Source of the DNA: Longimicrobiales bacterium
Lineage (GTDB): Bacteria > Gemmatimonadota > Gemmatimonadetes > Longimicrobiales > Gaopeijiaceae
Reading direction: 5' to 3'
Assembly (NCBI GenBank): GCA_965116095.1
Contig: OZ220481.1
Coordinates: 1,525,192 to 1,589,191, forward strand
Length of the DNA stretch: 64,000 nt
The position numbers and the translations under genes are program-made. The notes beneath the pieces were generated by a model. It did no database searches. It worked only from the letters and a program-made list of their open reading frames with translations, and was not told the DNA's origin. Shown here piece after piece: positions 63,756 through 64,000 of the stretch (positions are counted from its first letter, which is position 1; the number at the start of each line of letters is the position of its first letter).

Positions 63756-64000
63756 CTAGAAGAACTCTTCCAGCCACGCTCTGACTCGTCCCACGAAGCC
63801 CTGAGCAACTGTCGCCGCGCCCTGTCCCGTCCGGATATAGCGATCCAGCTCGTGGACCGCGAGACCGGCGGCTGCGGTGAACGCGAAGGGATCGCACTGC
63901 GCATCAAGCCCGGCGGGCGACGCCGGGGGCTTGGCCAGACGGACCGGCAGATCCAACGCCGATCGCGCGAAGGTTGCGATTCCCGGAATTCTCGCGCCGC
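63756..64000 (-). CDS. ftsA: Cell division protein FtsA, C-terminal fragment (the gene continues beyond the window end)
   Basis: C-terminal amphipathic helix ...GRVRAWLEEFF. Position immediately upstream of ftsZ. Confidence 0.75.
   Translation of the reverse strand, partial: GARIPGIATFARSALDLPVRLAKPPASPAGLDAQCDPFAFTAAAGLAVHELDRYIRTGQGAATVAQGFVGRVRAWLEEFF

Noticed and set aside
1-64000. CRISPR arrays, rRNA/tRNA genes, insertion sequences, integrases
   Set aside because: I scanned for regularly spaced direct repeats, tRNA T-loop/anticodon-arm signatures and transposase/integrase-like ORFs and found none. The only repeat structures are the homopolymers, the restriction-modification gene duplications, the Big_2 paralog tract and intragenic protein repeats listed above.

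Overview
This is a roughly 64 kb segment of a high-GC bacterial chromosome (about 65-70 % GC by eye; no rRNA, tRNA, CRISPR array, transposase or integrase genes found). Coding is dense and mostly on the minus strand. Core genes: ftsA (partial) and ftsZ at the end of a division cluster, an M23 peptidase, ftsY, recG, asnS, alr, cdd, miaB plus a second MiaB-family methylthiotransferase, comEC, a pstS-pstC-pstA-pstB-pstB operon with two pstB copies, a nfeD/flotillin pair, cls, an RsmC-like methyltransferase, a rhodanese, a ProX-like deacylase and three aminotransferases. Many predicted exported or lipoprotein products are present: a 955-aa S9 peptidase, a 1335-aa leucine-rich-repeat plus metzincin-like lipoprotein, a Tat-signal class V aminotransferase, a glutaminyl cyclase, a PQQ-dependent dehydrogenase, a 1478-aa repeat protein with CarboxypepD_reg-like domains and a methionine-rich core, and two tandem paralogous Big_2/cadherin-like lipoproteins. 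The accessory content I can support is: (1) a short ArsC/Spx-family ORF with an in-frame TGA aligned to the first Cys of the CxxC motif, which is either a selenoprotein candidate or a pseudogene; (2) a single-gene OLD-family ABC-ATPase/TOPRIM nuclease; and (3) a low-GC, apparently horizontally acquired Type ISP-like restriction-modification gene (Mrr-like nuclease, SF2 helicase, N6-adenine methyltransferase, MmeI-like C-terminus) split into three reading frames by a 14-nt poly-C tract and by a duplication-rich frameshift region. A second poly-C tract (C18) sits in a divergent promoter region next to paired palindromic operator-like sites. I could not identify a clearly novel multi-gene system. 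The taxonomic origin is uncertain. The gene content (PQQ dehydrogenase, CarboxypepD_reg and Big_2 repeat proteins, S9 peptidase, dual pstB) fits soil high-GC Gram-negative lineages such as Gemmatimonadota or Acidobacteria. That is a guess, not a measurement. Coordinates of starts moved away from the supplied ORF track are my own counts and may be off by a few nucleotides.
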